From positions 672,001 through 736,000 of the forward strand of contig OZ250169.1 in NCBI GenBank assembly GCA_965237955.1: a DNA stretch of 64,000 bases, written 5' to 3'. The translations under genes were made by a program, and so were the position numbers. Positions 11,330-22,919 of this stretch are shown here, piece after piece. Below the pieces are notes generated by a model. The model did not search any database. It saw nothing but the letters and a program-made list of their open reading frames with translations, and was not told the origin of the DNA. This stretch comes from Candidatus Marinacidobacterales bacterium. GTDB taxonomy: Bacteria > Acidobacteriota > Vicinamibacteria > Marinacidobacterales > SMYC01. Position 1 is the stretch's first letter. Each line of letters opens with the position of its first letter.

Positions 11330-11648
11330 TAGGTCCAGTGAACAGCGTCGAACGAGCCACGAACAGCATCTTTTGGATACGTGGGCTGGCGCTGAGTCTC
11401 AGTGAGTCAGGGCAATTCGTTTCGACGAGCCGGAAGGGACACTTCACGTCGTAGTAGCTCAGCGCGTCCACACCTTCCATCGCCGCGGTGTTTCGCCGAC
11501 GGGGACATGTGAGCTCGACGTCGAAACCGAGTCGGCGGAAAGCTTCACACATCTTGAAGCTTTGCAGGACGTGCGCCTTCTCGCTCGGCGCCCCCAGGTT
11601 GGCGATGTAGACGAGCTTTCCGTCATAGCGCGCCAGCGAGGAATCCAT
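11330..11648 (-). pseudogene. GT4 N-terminal fragment (paralog of 1639-1870)
   Basis: MDSSLARYDGKLVYIANLGAPSEKAHVLQSFKMCEAF. Confidence 0.7.
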
Positions 11649-11733
11649 CGACGCGATCTTACACTGCGCGTTCGGACCTCACAACGTTGTTTCGTCATCA
11701 CCTCAAGACAGAGGATTCATAACATGGGTGATG

Positions 11734-12715
11734 GTGTGTCGTAAAGCAGACGAGGAGCGTCAGTAGGAGCTACCGTTTGCGAGTTGCACTTCTCCAGCGG
11801 GTGGAAGTCCCGTCCCGGTAAGCGCGGGAGCGCCGGGTAGCAGGCCCCGTGTATTGGAGGGAGACCTCTGTGCCCGAGCGGGGCGTCAAGAGCCTCTACG
11901 GAGGGAGCAACCACGCGGGCCGCAACATGAAGTGAAGCTTGCAGCCTCGACACATTTACAATCCGGAAGCCGAGCCGCTAATCTCACGGCGAAGGTCCAG
12001 TCAACTCCCCCAAGACCGGAGGGTGGGGTGGGTTCCGGCGGGGTATGGGGCGCGGCACGTGTGGGAGGAGGCGCGTGGAATACGAAAGACCCGTCTGTAC
12101 AGCTGTCGTCACAACGATCTGCCTCGTATAAGCCCAAGGCGAAGTCGAGCGGTGTGCAGCGGGAGTCCGAGGGGGTTGTAGTACCGTGGAAAGCTGCGCA
12201 ACAAAACGCGGACGGAGGGAAAAACCCCTGCGTTGGTCAGGCCGAAGGCGGAGGTAAGCGTGAGGGTATGGCTGGGCATGAGACTCGGTCCCACCACCCC
12301 CTCAGGAGCGAGCGTGCGGACAAAGTGCGACAACTCCAACGAGACGGCTGTGGGCGTCGGCCAAGCGGTCGCCCAAACGCTGCTTCCATGCGGTGTATGG
12401 GAATGCAGCAATGAAGTTTGTCACAGTCGACAAGTATGTGGTCTGGACGGTTCAAACGCTTCATGATTCAGCGCAAAGGCCGTCAACTCCGACCCGGCGA
12501 AGCTTCGCGCTGGACTCGCAAGTACTTCGAAGCCCTCGGTCTCTGCATCGCCTGCACGGTACAACCCGCTACGCGGGTTCTCCGTTCTAGGAGAGTGCGT
12601 AATGCTATCGCTCAAGAGACCACCGGTAAGCCGTGTGCGGGAAAACCGCACGCACGGTTTGAGAGGGGGTCCTGTCGGAAACTCCTTACAAAGAGGGAAA
12701 GTAGGATCTACCAAT
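11734..12715 (+). mobile_element. Group II intron with both termini but the RT domain of its ORF deleted
   Basis: 5' GTGTG at 11734; domain V AGCCGTGTGCGGGAAAACCGCACGCACGGTTT at about 12629-12660; domain VI ending TACCAAT at 12715; ORF remnants DKVRQLQR (N-term) and GNAAMKFVTVDKYV...FEALGL (maturase C-term); no YADD. Confidence 0.85.
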
Positions 12716-12809
12716 GACCATGGACGGCCCCAGAAAGCCTTATTAATATGAACCTCAATGGTACGCGTCACTCAAAAAATCGCGCGATGCGACGAGGTGT
12801 CGACGACAA

Positions 12810-13140
12810 CGTGTACTACCTGGGCTGACTCGAACGCCGGACGACGTGGCCCGCGTCTATCGGCAAGCCAAGATCATGGCCTTGTGCTCCTGCAACGAAG
12901 GCGGCCCGCGCTTGACGGCGGACGCCATGGCATGCGAAGTGCCGACGATCACGACGCCGGTCGGTGTCATGCCCGAGATCGTCCGCGAAGGAAGCTCGAT
13001 GCCACTGATGATTTGGCGCGCGGTGTACGTCAGATTCTGGAGGACCCGGCCCTGGCCCAGCGGCTCAGCGGCTCAGCGCTGCTGGTTGTGAGAGCGTGCA
13101 TTCCCGGACCTGGGACCAACGCACCGGGGCCATTCTCGAA
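12810..13140 (+). pseudogene. GT4 C-terminal fragment
   Basis: NEGGPRLTADAMACEVPTITTPVGVMPEIVREG. Confidence 0.7.
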
Positions 13141-13429
13141 TTCGTTCATCTCCGCGGTACACCGATCCAGCGTTCCCATTGAGCCCCCGTCGAGTGCGGC
13201 GCTGCCTGGTGACGGAAAGCCCCGTCCGCCTTGGCGTTTTGAATATCGGCTTCAGCCGCTACCGGCTTCCGCTCGATCCGCACCAGAAGAAAAAGTTCGA
13301 AAGCCTCTCCGAGATGGCGGAGCTTCACGTGGTGAGGCTCGCTCCAGGCCGAAGTTTTGTACCAATTCTTGTGAGAGATATTACATGCCAACCTGAGGCC
13401 GTAAAACTGGGGTTCCAGACAAGGGTATA

Positions 13430-13670
13430 GGCCCCCGGCGCCGGGGGTCTATACCCCGAGCGCCACGCGCGGCCGAACCGTGTTGTATTGCTGCCGCCAC
13501 TGTCCGATCACGCTCTGTGCTTCCTTCAGCGAATAGAAGATTTCTCCATTCAGACATTCATCCCGTAGCCGGCCGTCGAAACTTTCACCGTACCCGTTCT
13601 CCCAGAGGTTGCCGGGCTCGATATACAGTGCTCGGTTCCCAAGTGCTAGGAACAGTCCTAGCCATGAGAT
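13430..13670 (-). mobile_element. IS3 family orfB C-terminal remnant
   Basis: YIEPGNLWENGYGESFDGRLRDECLN...QWRQQYNTVRP. Confidence 0.85.
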
Positions 13671-14048
13671 TTCTTTTCTTGTACGCGTTTCCAACGTGCC
13701 CGTCCACCTTTTCGGGCGATGGACCGCCGAGAGCATCTCGGCTCGTGCCTTCCCGTCCAGGCATCCAAGCATCGCTGCGTCTGGGTTCTTACCTTTTGCC
13801 CTGGCGACGATCTCCTGGATGGCGGACTCGTCAGGGTTGGGTTCGACGTTGATGCTTTACGGCATGCGGAATAGTATACACTCACACGAGGAGTTGGAAA
13901 TCAATGAAGCAGAAGCAACAGAAGGTACCGAAGCGTGGGCCAGGATGTCCAATCACGGGATCGAACTTCATGCGACCGCCGAGCAGATCGCGAAGGCAAT
14001 GTTCGCAGCGGCCAAACCACTAGATCCAAGCAAGCGCATCGTGAAGCG

Positions 14049-14075
14049 GCCAAGGGGTTCCTAGAACCCCTTGGC
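14049..14075. terminator. 12-bp stem-loop between convergent short ORFs
   Basis: GCCAAGGGGTTC-CTA-GAACCCCTTGGC. Confidence 0.4.
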
Positions 14076-14576
14076 TAGTTTGTTGGATAATTCCTTTTTT
14101 GAAGCCAAGAGTGAAAGAAGCCCAAGACGGGGTTATCCAAATCGACCGCCTGGGTGAAAACGATTAGTCTCACTGTGGCTTCTGCTTCATCGGCGTCGAA
14201 AGGCCACGCCGAGTGATAGATTTCTATTGTACGGTCGAGCGTGAGGAGGCTACCTGGTGGGGTGCGATACCTTTCCAATGCTGGTTTCAGCCGTTCGCGA
14301 GAGTCGGTGCCGTGAACACTAGTCAACTCTGCGACCAAGGTCGCGAGGGTGCGTGTCGAGATCCCGAAGCCCGCTCCGATGCTGACCGACTCGGCTCCCT
14401 TAACTCACTCGCCGCCACGCACTGAGTGGCAGGCAGGTTTCGAGCACGTTGCTGGGATTCGGCGCAGTCTATCACGTGATCGTCCCCGGAGTGCGTCGTC
14501 GTCGAGGGATCTGGTCTCGCGATCTCGATCGGCTCACTGAAGGAATCTTGAACACGATCGATGAGGATACAGCGCG

Positions 14577-15776
14577 GTGAGCCTCAAGAAACTTGTCTAT
14601 CTCACGAGCGCGCGTCTTCCTACCGAGAAGGCGCACGGCCTGCAGATCATGAAGATGTGCGAGGCGTTCGCCGACAACGGGCTCGACGTCACCTTGCTCT
14701 ACCCCCACCGGCGGCAACCTCCGGGAATGACTTCTTCCGACGGCCCGTTCTCCTTCTATGGAGTACGTCCCGTATTCGAGGCTAAGCGCCTGCCTTGCTT
14801 CGACATCGGATTCCTCAAGCGGATCTCGGAATCGCTTTGGTTCTGGACGCTCGATTTCACCGCCACCGCCAGCATACTTCTCGAAAGCCGTCGCTTCTCC
14901 GCGACTGGAGACGTGACCTTTTACAGTCGCGACCCTCTCATGACGCTCGTCGGACTCGCCTTGTGTCGAAACATACCGAGACGGTGGGTGTTCGAGGCGC
15001 ACCGTCCCCCTTCTTCATCTCGAGTGGCGCACCGGCTGGGGAACGCGGACGCTCTCGTCGTCCTGACCGAGGGACTCAGGAAAGCTTTCGTCGCCGGCGA
15101 CGCACCGCCCGAACGTGTGCAGGTCGCACCCGACGGCGTCGATCTGACGAACTTCACCGTGGACCAAGACCGAGAGAGCTGTCGCCGCGAGCTCGGATTG
15201 CCGGTCGACGGGGCAATCGTCGGCTATGTCGGGCGATTCCAGACGATGGGGGAGGAGAAAGGGATCTCGGAGCTGATTGCTGCGATGGGCGACCGAAGCC
15301 TCAAAGATGCCATGCTCGTCTGCGTGGGTGGTCCCATGAGCGCCGTCGACCGGTACCTCAAGGTCGCTCGATTGCACCAAGTATCGAAAGAACGTCTCGA
15401 GTTCTTCGACCGTGTTCCCCACCGCGAAGTGCCGTGCTGGATCCGCGCGTTCGACGTCGCGGCCATGCCGTTTCCTGACGCTGCGCACTACTCGGAGTCG
15501 ATGTCTCCCTTGAAGCTCTTCGAGTACATGGCGGTCGAGGCACCCATCTTGGCGACCGACCTGCCTTCGGTACGGGAGGTATTGCAACACGACAAGAATG
15601 CTTGGCTCGTCGAGCCCGGCTCCGCAAAAGCGTTGGCCTCGGGGTTGTCGCACCTCCTCCACAACCGAGAGGACGCCGCGCGGCTCGGCAGACAGGCGCG
15701 GGCCGACGCAACCTTCTACACGTGGGACCGCCGAGCCAAGACCATTCTGACGACGATCGAGCAAATCCCGGAATGA
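14577..15776 (+). CDS. Glycosyltransferase family 4
   Basis: PDGVD, GYVGRF, SPLKLFEYMA, ILATDLPSVREV. Confidence 0.92.
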   Translation: MSLKKLVYLTSARLPTEKAHGLQIMKMCEAFADNGLDVTLLYPHRRQPPGMTSSDGPFSFYGVRPVFEAKRLPCFDIGFLKRISESLWFWTLDFTATASILLESRRFSATGDVTFYSRDPLMTLVGLALCRNIPRRWVFEAHRPPSSSRVAHRLGNADALVVLTEGLRKAFVAGDAPPERVQVAPDGVDLTNFTVDQDRESCRRELGLPVDGAIVGYVGRFQTMGEEKGISELIAAMGDRSLKDAMLVCVGGPMSAVDRYLKVARLHQVSKERLEFFDRVPHREVPCWIRAFDVAAMPFPDAAHYSESMSPLKLFEYMAVEAPILATDLPSVREVLQHDKNAWLVEPGSAKALASGLSHLLHNREDAARLGRQARADATFYTWDRRAKTILTTIEQIPE

Positions 15777-16855
15777 AAATCCTCTTCTACTACCCGGGCT
15801 CGCTACGCAACCGACGGCGAGGTACGCCTCTTCGCGTGTACGCCATCTACGAGTCGCTCCGAAAGCTCGCCGATGTCTACCTCGTCGCCCGTGAACTGCC
15901 CGAGGACGCACGGGAGCGCTCGATGGCGCTGGAGCCGCCGAGGAAAGGACTCGATTGGCTTCTGCAAACCCGCGTGCTGCGGCGTGCGGTGCGCGAGTTT
16001 CAGCCCGATCTTTTCTACGGTCACACCCATCTTGCGATACTCCCGTTGCTCCTTGCGGCGGGCCGCCACGCCAAAACCTGTGTCGACTTACACGGCCTGC
16101 CCCATCACGAGCTCGGCCTTCAGGGTGTCCACAAGTGGGCCACGGCAGGCTGGCATCGCATGCTCATCAAAAGGCTCACGGGTATCACCGCCGTGTGCGA
16201 CCCATTGACTCGCTTCTACCGCGGTGACGCCGCATCGGGTTTTACCTTCCACGGCGGTGTAGACGGGCAGGCGATGGAGGCATTGACCCCGGCTGCGATC
16301 GACAAGAGCGCTGGATCCGTCATCACTTATTGCGGCAACGCGAGACGTTACCAGGGCGTCGACGTTTTGCTCGCCGCGCTCGCGAAGATTCGAGAAGAGC
16401 CATGGCAACTTCTCCTCGTGTTGAGCTCGAGAGAAGCAGAGGTGATGCGGCTACTTGAGAACTACGGACTCACTGGTAGGGTGACGATCAAGCAGGATCT
16501 GGATCAAATCGAGGTCTTCGCACATCTGAAGGCCGCCGATATCGCCGTGGTCCCTCGGCCCGACATCCCTATCACCCGCTACGCCTTGCCGTCAAAGCTT
16601 CCCGAGTACCTCGCGTCGGGCACCGCGGTCGTGGCCACCGCGGTAGGAGATGCCCACCGGCTCCTCTCTGACCGGGAGACGGGGTGGCTGGTACCGCCCG
16701 GCAACGCGGAGGCGTTGGCCACCACGCTGAAACACGCGCTCCACTCGGCTCACGAGCGCGACCAATACGGCAAGCGTGCCCGCGAGCGCATGCGCGCCGA
16801 GTTCGACTGGGACGTCCTCACCGAGAGAGCGTTCGGCTTCCTGCAGACCTTATAA
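15773..16855 (+). CDS. Glycosyltransferase family 4
   Basis: ATG overlaps the upstream stop (ATGA); YQGVDVL, PSKLPEYLASGTAVVATAVGD. Confidence 0.9.
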   Translation: MKILFYYPGSLRNRRRGTPLRVYAIYESLRKLADVYLVARELPEDARERSMALEPPRKGLDWLLQTRVLRRAVREFQPDLFYGHTHLAILPLLLAAGRHAKTCVDLHGLPHHELGLQGVHKWATAGWHRMLIKRLTGITAVCDPLTRFYRGDAASGFTFHGGVDGQAMEALTPAAIDKSAGSVITYCGNARRYQGVDVLLAALAKIREEPWQLLLVLSSREAEVMRLLENYGLTGRVTIKQDLDQIEVFAHLKAADIAVVPRPDIPITRYALPSKLPEYLASGTAVVATAVGDAHRLLSDRETGWLVPPGNAEALATTLKHALHSAHERDQYGKRARERMRAEFDWDVLTERAFGFLQTL

Positions 16856-16915
16856 ATAGCAGCGAACGCAATTGCGCGCCCGCCACCGGATGTAATACAG
16901 TCATTTTGGCTGACT

Positions 16916-17750
16916 ATGCCGCAGACTCACTCGTTCAAAAACGCCTACCGCGACATGTGGGAGATGTTCGGCAAGAAAAAAGCCGAGCGCTACAACCAGC
17001 AAAAGTTCCTACCCATCAACCGCGTTGGGCTCACGAACTTCATCCACGAGGAGGCGTTGCTGCGTATGGTGCTATCCGTCGAGCCCAAGACGGTGCTCGA
17101 CATCGGATGTGCCTCCGGCCAGGAGGTCTTTGCCCTCGCTCCTCACTGTGAGAAGGTTGTCGGAGTGGAATCGCTCAGAGCTTCATCGACGAGTGCGACC
17201 GGCAAAGACAGGCTCAGGGTGTCGACAAAGTTTCTTTCCGAGTCGCCACGTTCCACGATCTACCCGACGAAAGCTTCGACGTCGTCCTTTGCGGCGAGGT
17301 CTTTGAGCACGTTCCCGAACTGGACGAGGCCGTGAACGCACTTACCGAGCGATTGCGAAACGGCGGCCACGCCGTTGTCAGTGTGCCTCACTTCAACGCC
17401 GACGGTACGTGGTGGGGCCGGCTTCTGCGTCTCGTCGGGGCTCGACGCTTCCGTCCCTTGGAACAGTTCTCCATGGAAGAGATCTTGAGCCATGGAGACG
17501 CCCACATCCGCGAGTTCTCGCAGAGCAAGCTACGGGAGCTCTTCGAAAGCTACGGCTACCGAGCCTGTGAGATCGCACTGTTTCCCATCTCGATGGCCCG
17601 TGGAGCGACGTCGTGCTCTCCGGATTTCTCGAGCGCATGCCGCGGACGCGAGGACCCCTCGTTGCGCTGGAGCACGTTTCTTTGAGGGTCGCACCCCGTC
17701 TCGGAAGGCACATCGTTCTTCTTGCGGAGAAACTCTAAACCTTCAACCTT
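16916..17750 (+). pseudogene. Class I SAM-dependent methyltransferase, frameshifted
   Basis: VLDIGCASGQE in one frame; FDVVLCGEVFEHVP...LRNGGHAVVSVP in another. Confidence 0.75.
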
Positions 17751-17765
17751 ATCAGAAAAACTCTC

Positions 17766-18689
17766 ATGAAAATTCTTATTACCGGCGGCCTGGGGACGGT
17801 AGGCAACCATTTGGTCAAGGAGCTCCGGGCTCGCGACCACGATGTCCTCCTTTGCGATCTGCCCCATCACCACGACCCTCAGTACTACCGTTGCGACGTC
17901 GGCGAGTACCGGCAGTTCCAACGCATCTTCGATGATCACGAGGACGAGCACCCGATCGATTGCGTCTACCACCTTGCCGCCGAGTTCGGCCGGTGGAACG
18001 GCGAGGACTACTACGAGACCCTGTGGCGCACCAACACCATCGGGACGAAGCACCTCATCCGCCTCCAGGAGAAGCACGGCTTCCGGCTCGTCCACTTCTC
18101 AAGCTCCGAAGTCTACGGCGATTACGACGGCGTCATGGAAGAAGGCGTCATGGACAAGGTCGCCATCCAGCAGATGAACGACTACGCGATGACGAAGTGG
18201 GTCAACGAGATGCAGATCCGAAACTCGGAGCTGCTCAACGAGACGCAAACGGTTCGGGTACGCCTGTTCAACACCTACGGACCGGGCGAGCACTACAGCA
18301 GCTATCGGAGTGTCATTTGTTTGTTCTGCTACCACGCGCTCCACAGGCTTCCCTACACGGTGTATTTGAACCACACCCGCACCTCCACTTACATCGAAGA
18401 CACGGTGCGTGCTCTCGCGGAGATCTCCAATCATTTCACTGTGGGAGAGGTCTACAACATCGGCGGCAAGACGATTCACGACATCAAGACCGTTTCCGAT
18501 ATCGTGCTCGGGCATACCGGCGCGAGCGAAGACCTAGTAACCTACAAGGAAGCGGAAAAACTCACCACACGACACAAGCGCGTCGATATCACGAAGGCGG
18601 AAAGAGACCTGGGCTTGATGGAGACGGTGACGCTCGAGGACGGCATCGAGAGAACGCTCGAGTGGATGCGCTCCGTCTACGACGTGTAA
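17766..18689 (+). CDS. NAD-dependent nucleotide-sugar epimerase/dehydratase
   Basis: TGGLGTVG, HLAA, SSSEVYG, YAMTK, RLFNTYGP. Confidence 0.93.
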   Translation: MKILITGGLGTVGNHLVKELRARDHDVLLCDLPHHHDPQYYRCDVGEYRQFQRIFDDHEDEHPIDCVYHLAAEFGRWNGEDYYETLWRTNTIGTKHLIRLQEKHGFRLVHFSSSEVYGDYDGVMEEGVMDKVAIQQMNDYAMTKWVNEMQIRNSELLNETQTVRVRLFNTYGPGEHYSSYRSVICLFCYHALHRLPYTVYLNHTRTSTYIEDTVRALAEISNHFTVGEVYNIGGKTIHDIKTVSDIVLGHTGASEDLVTYKEAEKLTTRHKRVDITKAERDLGLMETVTLEDGIERTLEWMRSVYDV

Positions 18690-18925
18690 AACTCGCACCT
18701 CTTCAAGGGATGACCTCCTGCTCTTCTTTCTGTTCTCCTCGAGCAAGTAGACGTGCTGCTCACACAGACCTCATGGACAATTGCGAGCAGGTTTTCGACG
18801 AGCCCTTGGTCTGGTGACAATCCGTGCAGGGGGACCCGCGCGTGAAGATTCGCAGCGATGGCAACTCACGGCTCGATTCGCCGCGCTCCTGACCCGCTGC
18901 GCTCTCTTGCGTTGCTCGGAGAGCC

Positions 18926-19003
18926 ATCGCGGTAGGGACCGCCCTTACGGGCGGCCCCCCGCACAGATCCCAGCGAGCGCTGCTAACGCACTGGGCTCCT
19001 ACC
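18926..19003 (-). mobile_element. Group II intron 3' remnant (domains V-VI) truncated by IS
   Basis: Minus strand GAGCCCAGTGCGTTAGCAGCGCTCGCTGGGATCTGTGCGGGGGGC...GTCCCTACCGCGAT. Confidence 0.8.
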
Positions 19004-19957
19004 TGTCCTTCATCATTATTGATCCAGCGGGAATGGTACCGCTGGTGGCCCTACGACGAACGAAGAAACCCGGGTCGGCGCGCGCGGGCACTTGCCGAGA
19101 TCACGCGATCAATGGGCCGCGGAGCTGGACAACGCAATCGCGAGGGACCCCAGCAATCGACGCGCAGCGACTAAACTGGCTCAGGCGGCGTCGCGCCATT
19201 CGTAGCGGTGGTGGAGCCCACCCACTCGCGGCAACGCGACGACTTTTGCGGTCGGTGATGGTCGGGGCGTGACGGGTCTTGAGTTCGGGGTGTCTTTGTC
19301 GAGACCCAAGTGGCAACGGTCCTCGTGGTAGTAGCTGATGTACAAGCGCATGAGCCGGACGAGATGCCGCTCACTGAGGACAACTACATGCTCTAACATC
19401 TCGCGGCGGCGGTTTCCGATCCAGCGTTCGGCGGTACCGTTTTGCCAAGGGCTGCGATAAGAAATGCGAACAGGCTTTGTGCCCATGGCCCTGATGAACT
19501 CCACCACTGCAGGGCTGAAAATCGCGTCGCGGTCAAAGACCAAGTATCGTGGTGCCGTGTCGTATGGGAACGCCTCGCGCAGTTGTTGAATCACCCACGC
19601 TGACGTGGGGTTGTACGTCGCGTTGAAGTGCAAGATATGGCGACGGCCGTGCTCGATGACGAAGAAGCCGTACAGCAGCCGTAGCGACGCCGTCGGTACG
19701 GCGAACAGATCCATCGCGGCGATGTCGTCCTTGTGGTTCCGCAAGAACGCAATCCATCGCTTCACTTCGTCGGGTTCGGCTCGGCGGTGCGGCATGTATC
19801 GCGATACCGTCATCTCGCTGACAACGAATCCGAGCTTCGTCAGCTCAGCGTGGATACGAGGTGCACCCCAGCCGTCTTGGGCCATCGTGCGGACGAGACA
19901 ACGAATCTCGGCATCAATCCGAGGTCGACCTGGATAGCGCGGACGGGAGATCCGAGC
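19004..19957 (-). mobile_element. Truncated copy (954 bp) of the 1346-bp rve/IS481-like element
   Basis: Near-identical to 19958..; carries the transposase C-terminal 234 aa (19181..19885). Confidence 0.9.
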
Positions 19958-21303
19958 TGTCCTTCATCATTATTGATCCAGCGGGAATGGTACCGCTGGT
20001 GGCCCTACGACGAACGAAGAAACCCGGGTCGGCGCGCGCGGGCACTTGCCGAGATCACGCGATCAATGGGCCGCGGAGCTGGACAACGCAATCGCGAGGG
20101 ACCCCAGCAATCGACGCGCAGCGACTAAACTGGCTCAGGCGGCGTCGCGCCATTCGTAGCGGTGGTGGAGCCCACCCACTCGCGGCAACGCGACGACTTT
20201 TGCGGTCGGTGATGGTCGGGGCGTGACGGGTCTTGAGTTCGGGGTGTCTTTGTCGAGACCCAAGTGGCAACGGTCCTCGTGGTAGTAGCTGATGTACAAG
20301 CGCATGAGCCGGACGAGATGCCGCTCACTGAGGACAACTACATGCTCTAACATCTCGCGGCGGCAGTTTCCGATCCAGCGTTCGGCGGTACCGTTTTGCC
20401 AAGGGCTGCGATAAGAAATGCGAACAGGCTTTGTGCCCATGGCCCTGATGAACTCCACCACTGCAGGGCTGAAAATCGCGTCGCGGTCAAAGACCAAGTA
20501 TCGTGGTGCCGTGTCGTATGGGAACGCCTCGCGCAGTTGTTGAATCACCCACGCTGACGTGGGGTTGTACGTCGCGTTGAAGTGCAAGATATGGCGACGG
20601 CCGTGCTCGATGACGAAGAAGCCGTACAGCAGCCGTAGCGACGCCGTCGGTACGGCGAACAGATCCATCGCGGCGATGTCGTCCTTGTGGTTCCGCAAGA
20701 ACGCAATCCATCGCTTCACTTCGTCGGGTTCGGCTCGGCGGTGCGGCATGTATCGCGACACCGTCATCTCGCTGACAACGAATCCGAGCTTCGTCAGCTC
20801 AGCGTGGATACGAGGTGCACCCCAGCCGTCTTGGGCCATCGTGCGGACGAGACGACGAATCTCGGCATCAATCCGAGGTCGACCTGGATAGCGCGGACGG
20901 GAGATCCGAGCCCAGTATCGGCGGAACCGATCTCGATTCCACCGGGCGACCGTGTCGGCGTTCACGATAACGAGCCGGCTCGCCCACGCTGGCCACGAGC
21001 TTCGGAGCGCAACCCAGAATGCTCGGTCCGTGTCCTCGAGCGGTGGCCGGGGGCGCTCCTTCTTCAACGCCGTAACTTGCTGCCGCAGGGCCAGGTTTTC
21101 AATCACGAGGTCGGCTCGGCGCCGACACATCGCCCGGATCGCACGGGCGCCGAGTGAGACGAGGAAGATGAGGACACGGAGCATGGCGGCAGAGTTTGCC
21201 GTCTCAAGACCGGGATCTCAAGCGGGAGATGCGTTCGTTGGCCGAGGCGTGAACGGTGCGTAAGTCCTTGATTTCAGGAGCGGACGGATATTGATGATGC
21301 ACA
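19958..21303 (-). mobile_element. Complete 1346-bp rve/IS481-like IS (TGT...ACA); transposase 20135..21184
   Basis: Ends TGTCCTTCATCATTATT / ATATTGATGATGCACA; DDE motifs AMDLF, FDRDAIF, PWQNGTAER. Confidence 0.92.
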
Positions 21304-22267
21304 ACATGCTCTAACATCTCGCGGCGGCAGTTTCCGATCCAGCGTTCGGCGGTACCGTTTTGCCAAGGGCTGCGATAAGAAATGCGAACAGGCTTTGTGC
21401 CCATGGCCCTGATGAACTCCACCACTGCAGGGCTGAAAATCGCGTCGCGGTCAAAGACCAAGTATCGTGGTGCCGTGTCGTATGGGAACGCCTCGCGCAG
21501 TTGTTGAATCACCCACGCTGACGTGGGGTTGTACGTCGCGTTGAAGTGCAAGATATGGCGACGGCCGTGCTCGATGACGAAGAAGCCGTACAGCAGCCGT
21601 AGCGACGCCGTCGGTACGGCGAACAGATCCATCGCGGCGATGTCGTCCTTGTGGTTCCGCAAGAACGCAATCCATCGCTTCACTTCGTCGGGTTCGGCTC
21701 GGCGGCGCGGCATGTATCGCGACACCGTCATCTCGCTGACAACGAATCCGAGCTTCGTCAGCTCAGCGTGGATACGAGGTGCACCCCAGCCGTCTTGCGC
21801 CATCGTGCGGACGAGACGACGAATCTCGGCATCAATCCGAGGTCGACCTGGATAGCGCGGACGGGAGATCCGAGCCCAGTATCGGCGGAACCGATCTCGA
21901 TTCCACCGGGCGACCGTGTCGGCGTTCACGATAACGAGCCGGCTCGCCCACGCTGGCCACGAGCTTCGGAGCGCAACCCAGAATGCTCGGTCCGTGTCCT
22001 CGAGCGGTGGCCGGGGGCGCTCCTTCTTCAACGCCGTAACTTGCTGCCGCAGGGCCAGGTTTTCAATCACGAGGTCGGCTCGGCACCGACACATCGCCCG
22101 GATCGCACGGGCGCCGAGTGAGACGAGGAAGATGAGGACACGGAGCATGGCGGCAGAGTTTGCCGTCTCAAGACCGGGATCTCAAGCGGGAGATGCGCTC
22201 GTTGGCCGAGGCGTGAACGGTGCGTAAGTCCTTGATTTCAGGAGCGGACGGATATTGATGATGCACA
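21304..22267 (-). mobile_element. Truncated copy (964 bp) of the same IS
   Basis: Transposase N-terminal part starts at 22148 and is cut at EMLEHV. Confidence 0.9.
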
Positions 22268-22321
22268 GGAGATTCTGGCCACCAAAGCGGAAGCCGCCAG
22301 CCTGCGAGAGCGACGGATCCT

Positions 22322-22394
22322 CCGGTCGCAAACACAGACACTAAGCTGCTGATTTATGGTCTATTTCAAAAGGGCCGAGTTTTGGCACAGGACG
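22322..22394 (+). repeat. Dispersed terminal repeat, copy A
   Basis: CCGGTCGCAAACACAGACACTAAGCTGCTGATTTATGGTCTATTTCAAAAGGGCCGAGTTTTGGCACAGGACG. Confidence 0.95.
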
Positions 22395-22408
22395 AGGTTG
22401 AGTTCGCA

Positions 22409-22909
22409 TCAGCGATGCACAGTGCAGTGGCGACGACCAAAGAACTGTTTTCTGCCATGCTTGTCGGTTGTATCGTCCGGTTTGTGGAACTTGAGCGGGA
22501 CGCTGCTTCTTGTTTGATTACTAATATTCGGCAGGACTCTGCGGTCGGCAAAGTCCTTTTGGAGATCGGAATCGCACGAAAACAAGACCGTGGCTTGGCC
22601 GGCAGCTGCCAGGGCGAGAACATGCGGATCGTTTGACCGGCGAGTCGGTCGTTCAGGAATGTCGTTGTGCGCGGCTCTAACTTCCTCCGCTGTGATACGT
22701 TCGGCCCGTCCTCTCTGCCTGAAATCGATTAGTAACGCGAGGGCAGTCTTATTTTTTCTTAGTTCATCGCCGTATTTCGAGTCTTCAGCGTAGACGACAA
22801 AACCGTAGCCATTTGTAATCCATTGCCGCAACTGATGTCCAGCCGTGTTTGTCGACTGCTCATGAAGATGGCGAAATGCGCTGGCGTCAATGATGGTCCT
22901 CACACACAT
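22409..22909 (-). CDS. PIN-domain protein (putative RNase)
   Basis: IIDASA, DEL, SNDPHVLALA, LFSCDSDL give PIN-like acidic residues. Confidence 0.75.
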   Translation of the reverse strand: MCVRTIIDASAFRHLHEQSTNTAGHQLRQWITNGYGFVVYAEDSKYGDELRKNKTALALLIDFRQRGRAERITAEEVRAAHNDIPERPTRRSNDPHVLALAAAGQATVLFSCDSDLQKDFADRRVLPNISNQTRSSVPLKFHKPDDTTDKHGRKQFFGRRHCTVHR

Positions 22910-22919
22910 GTCGATGATC

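Noticed and set aside
13422-13455. 34-bp near-perfect palindrome
   Set aside because: Overlaps the GYRPPAP-coding tail of the IS3 remnant; no independent evidence of function.
13600-14340. Short ORFs and possible IS1595-like ends (also GGGATTATATA at 58778)
   Set aside because: No transposase or paired IR visible; too weak to call.
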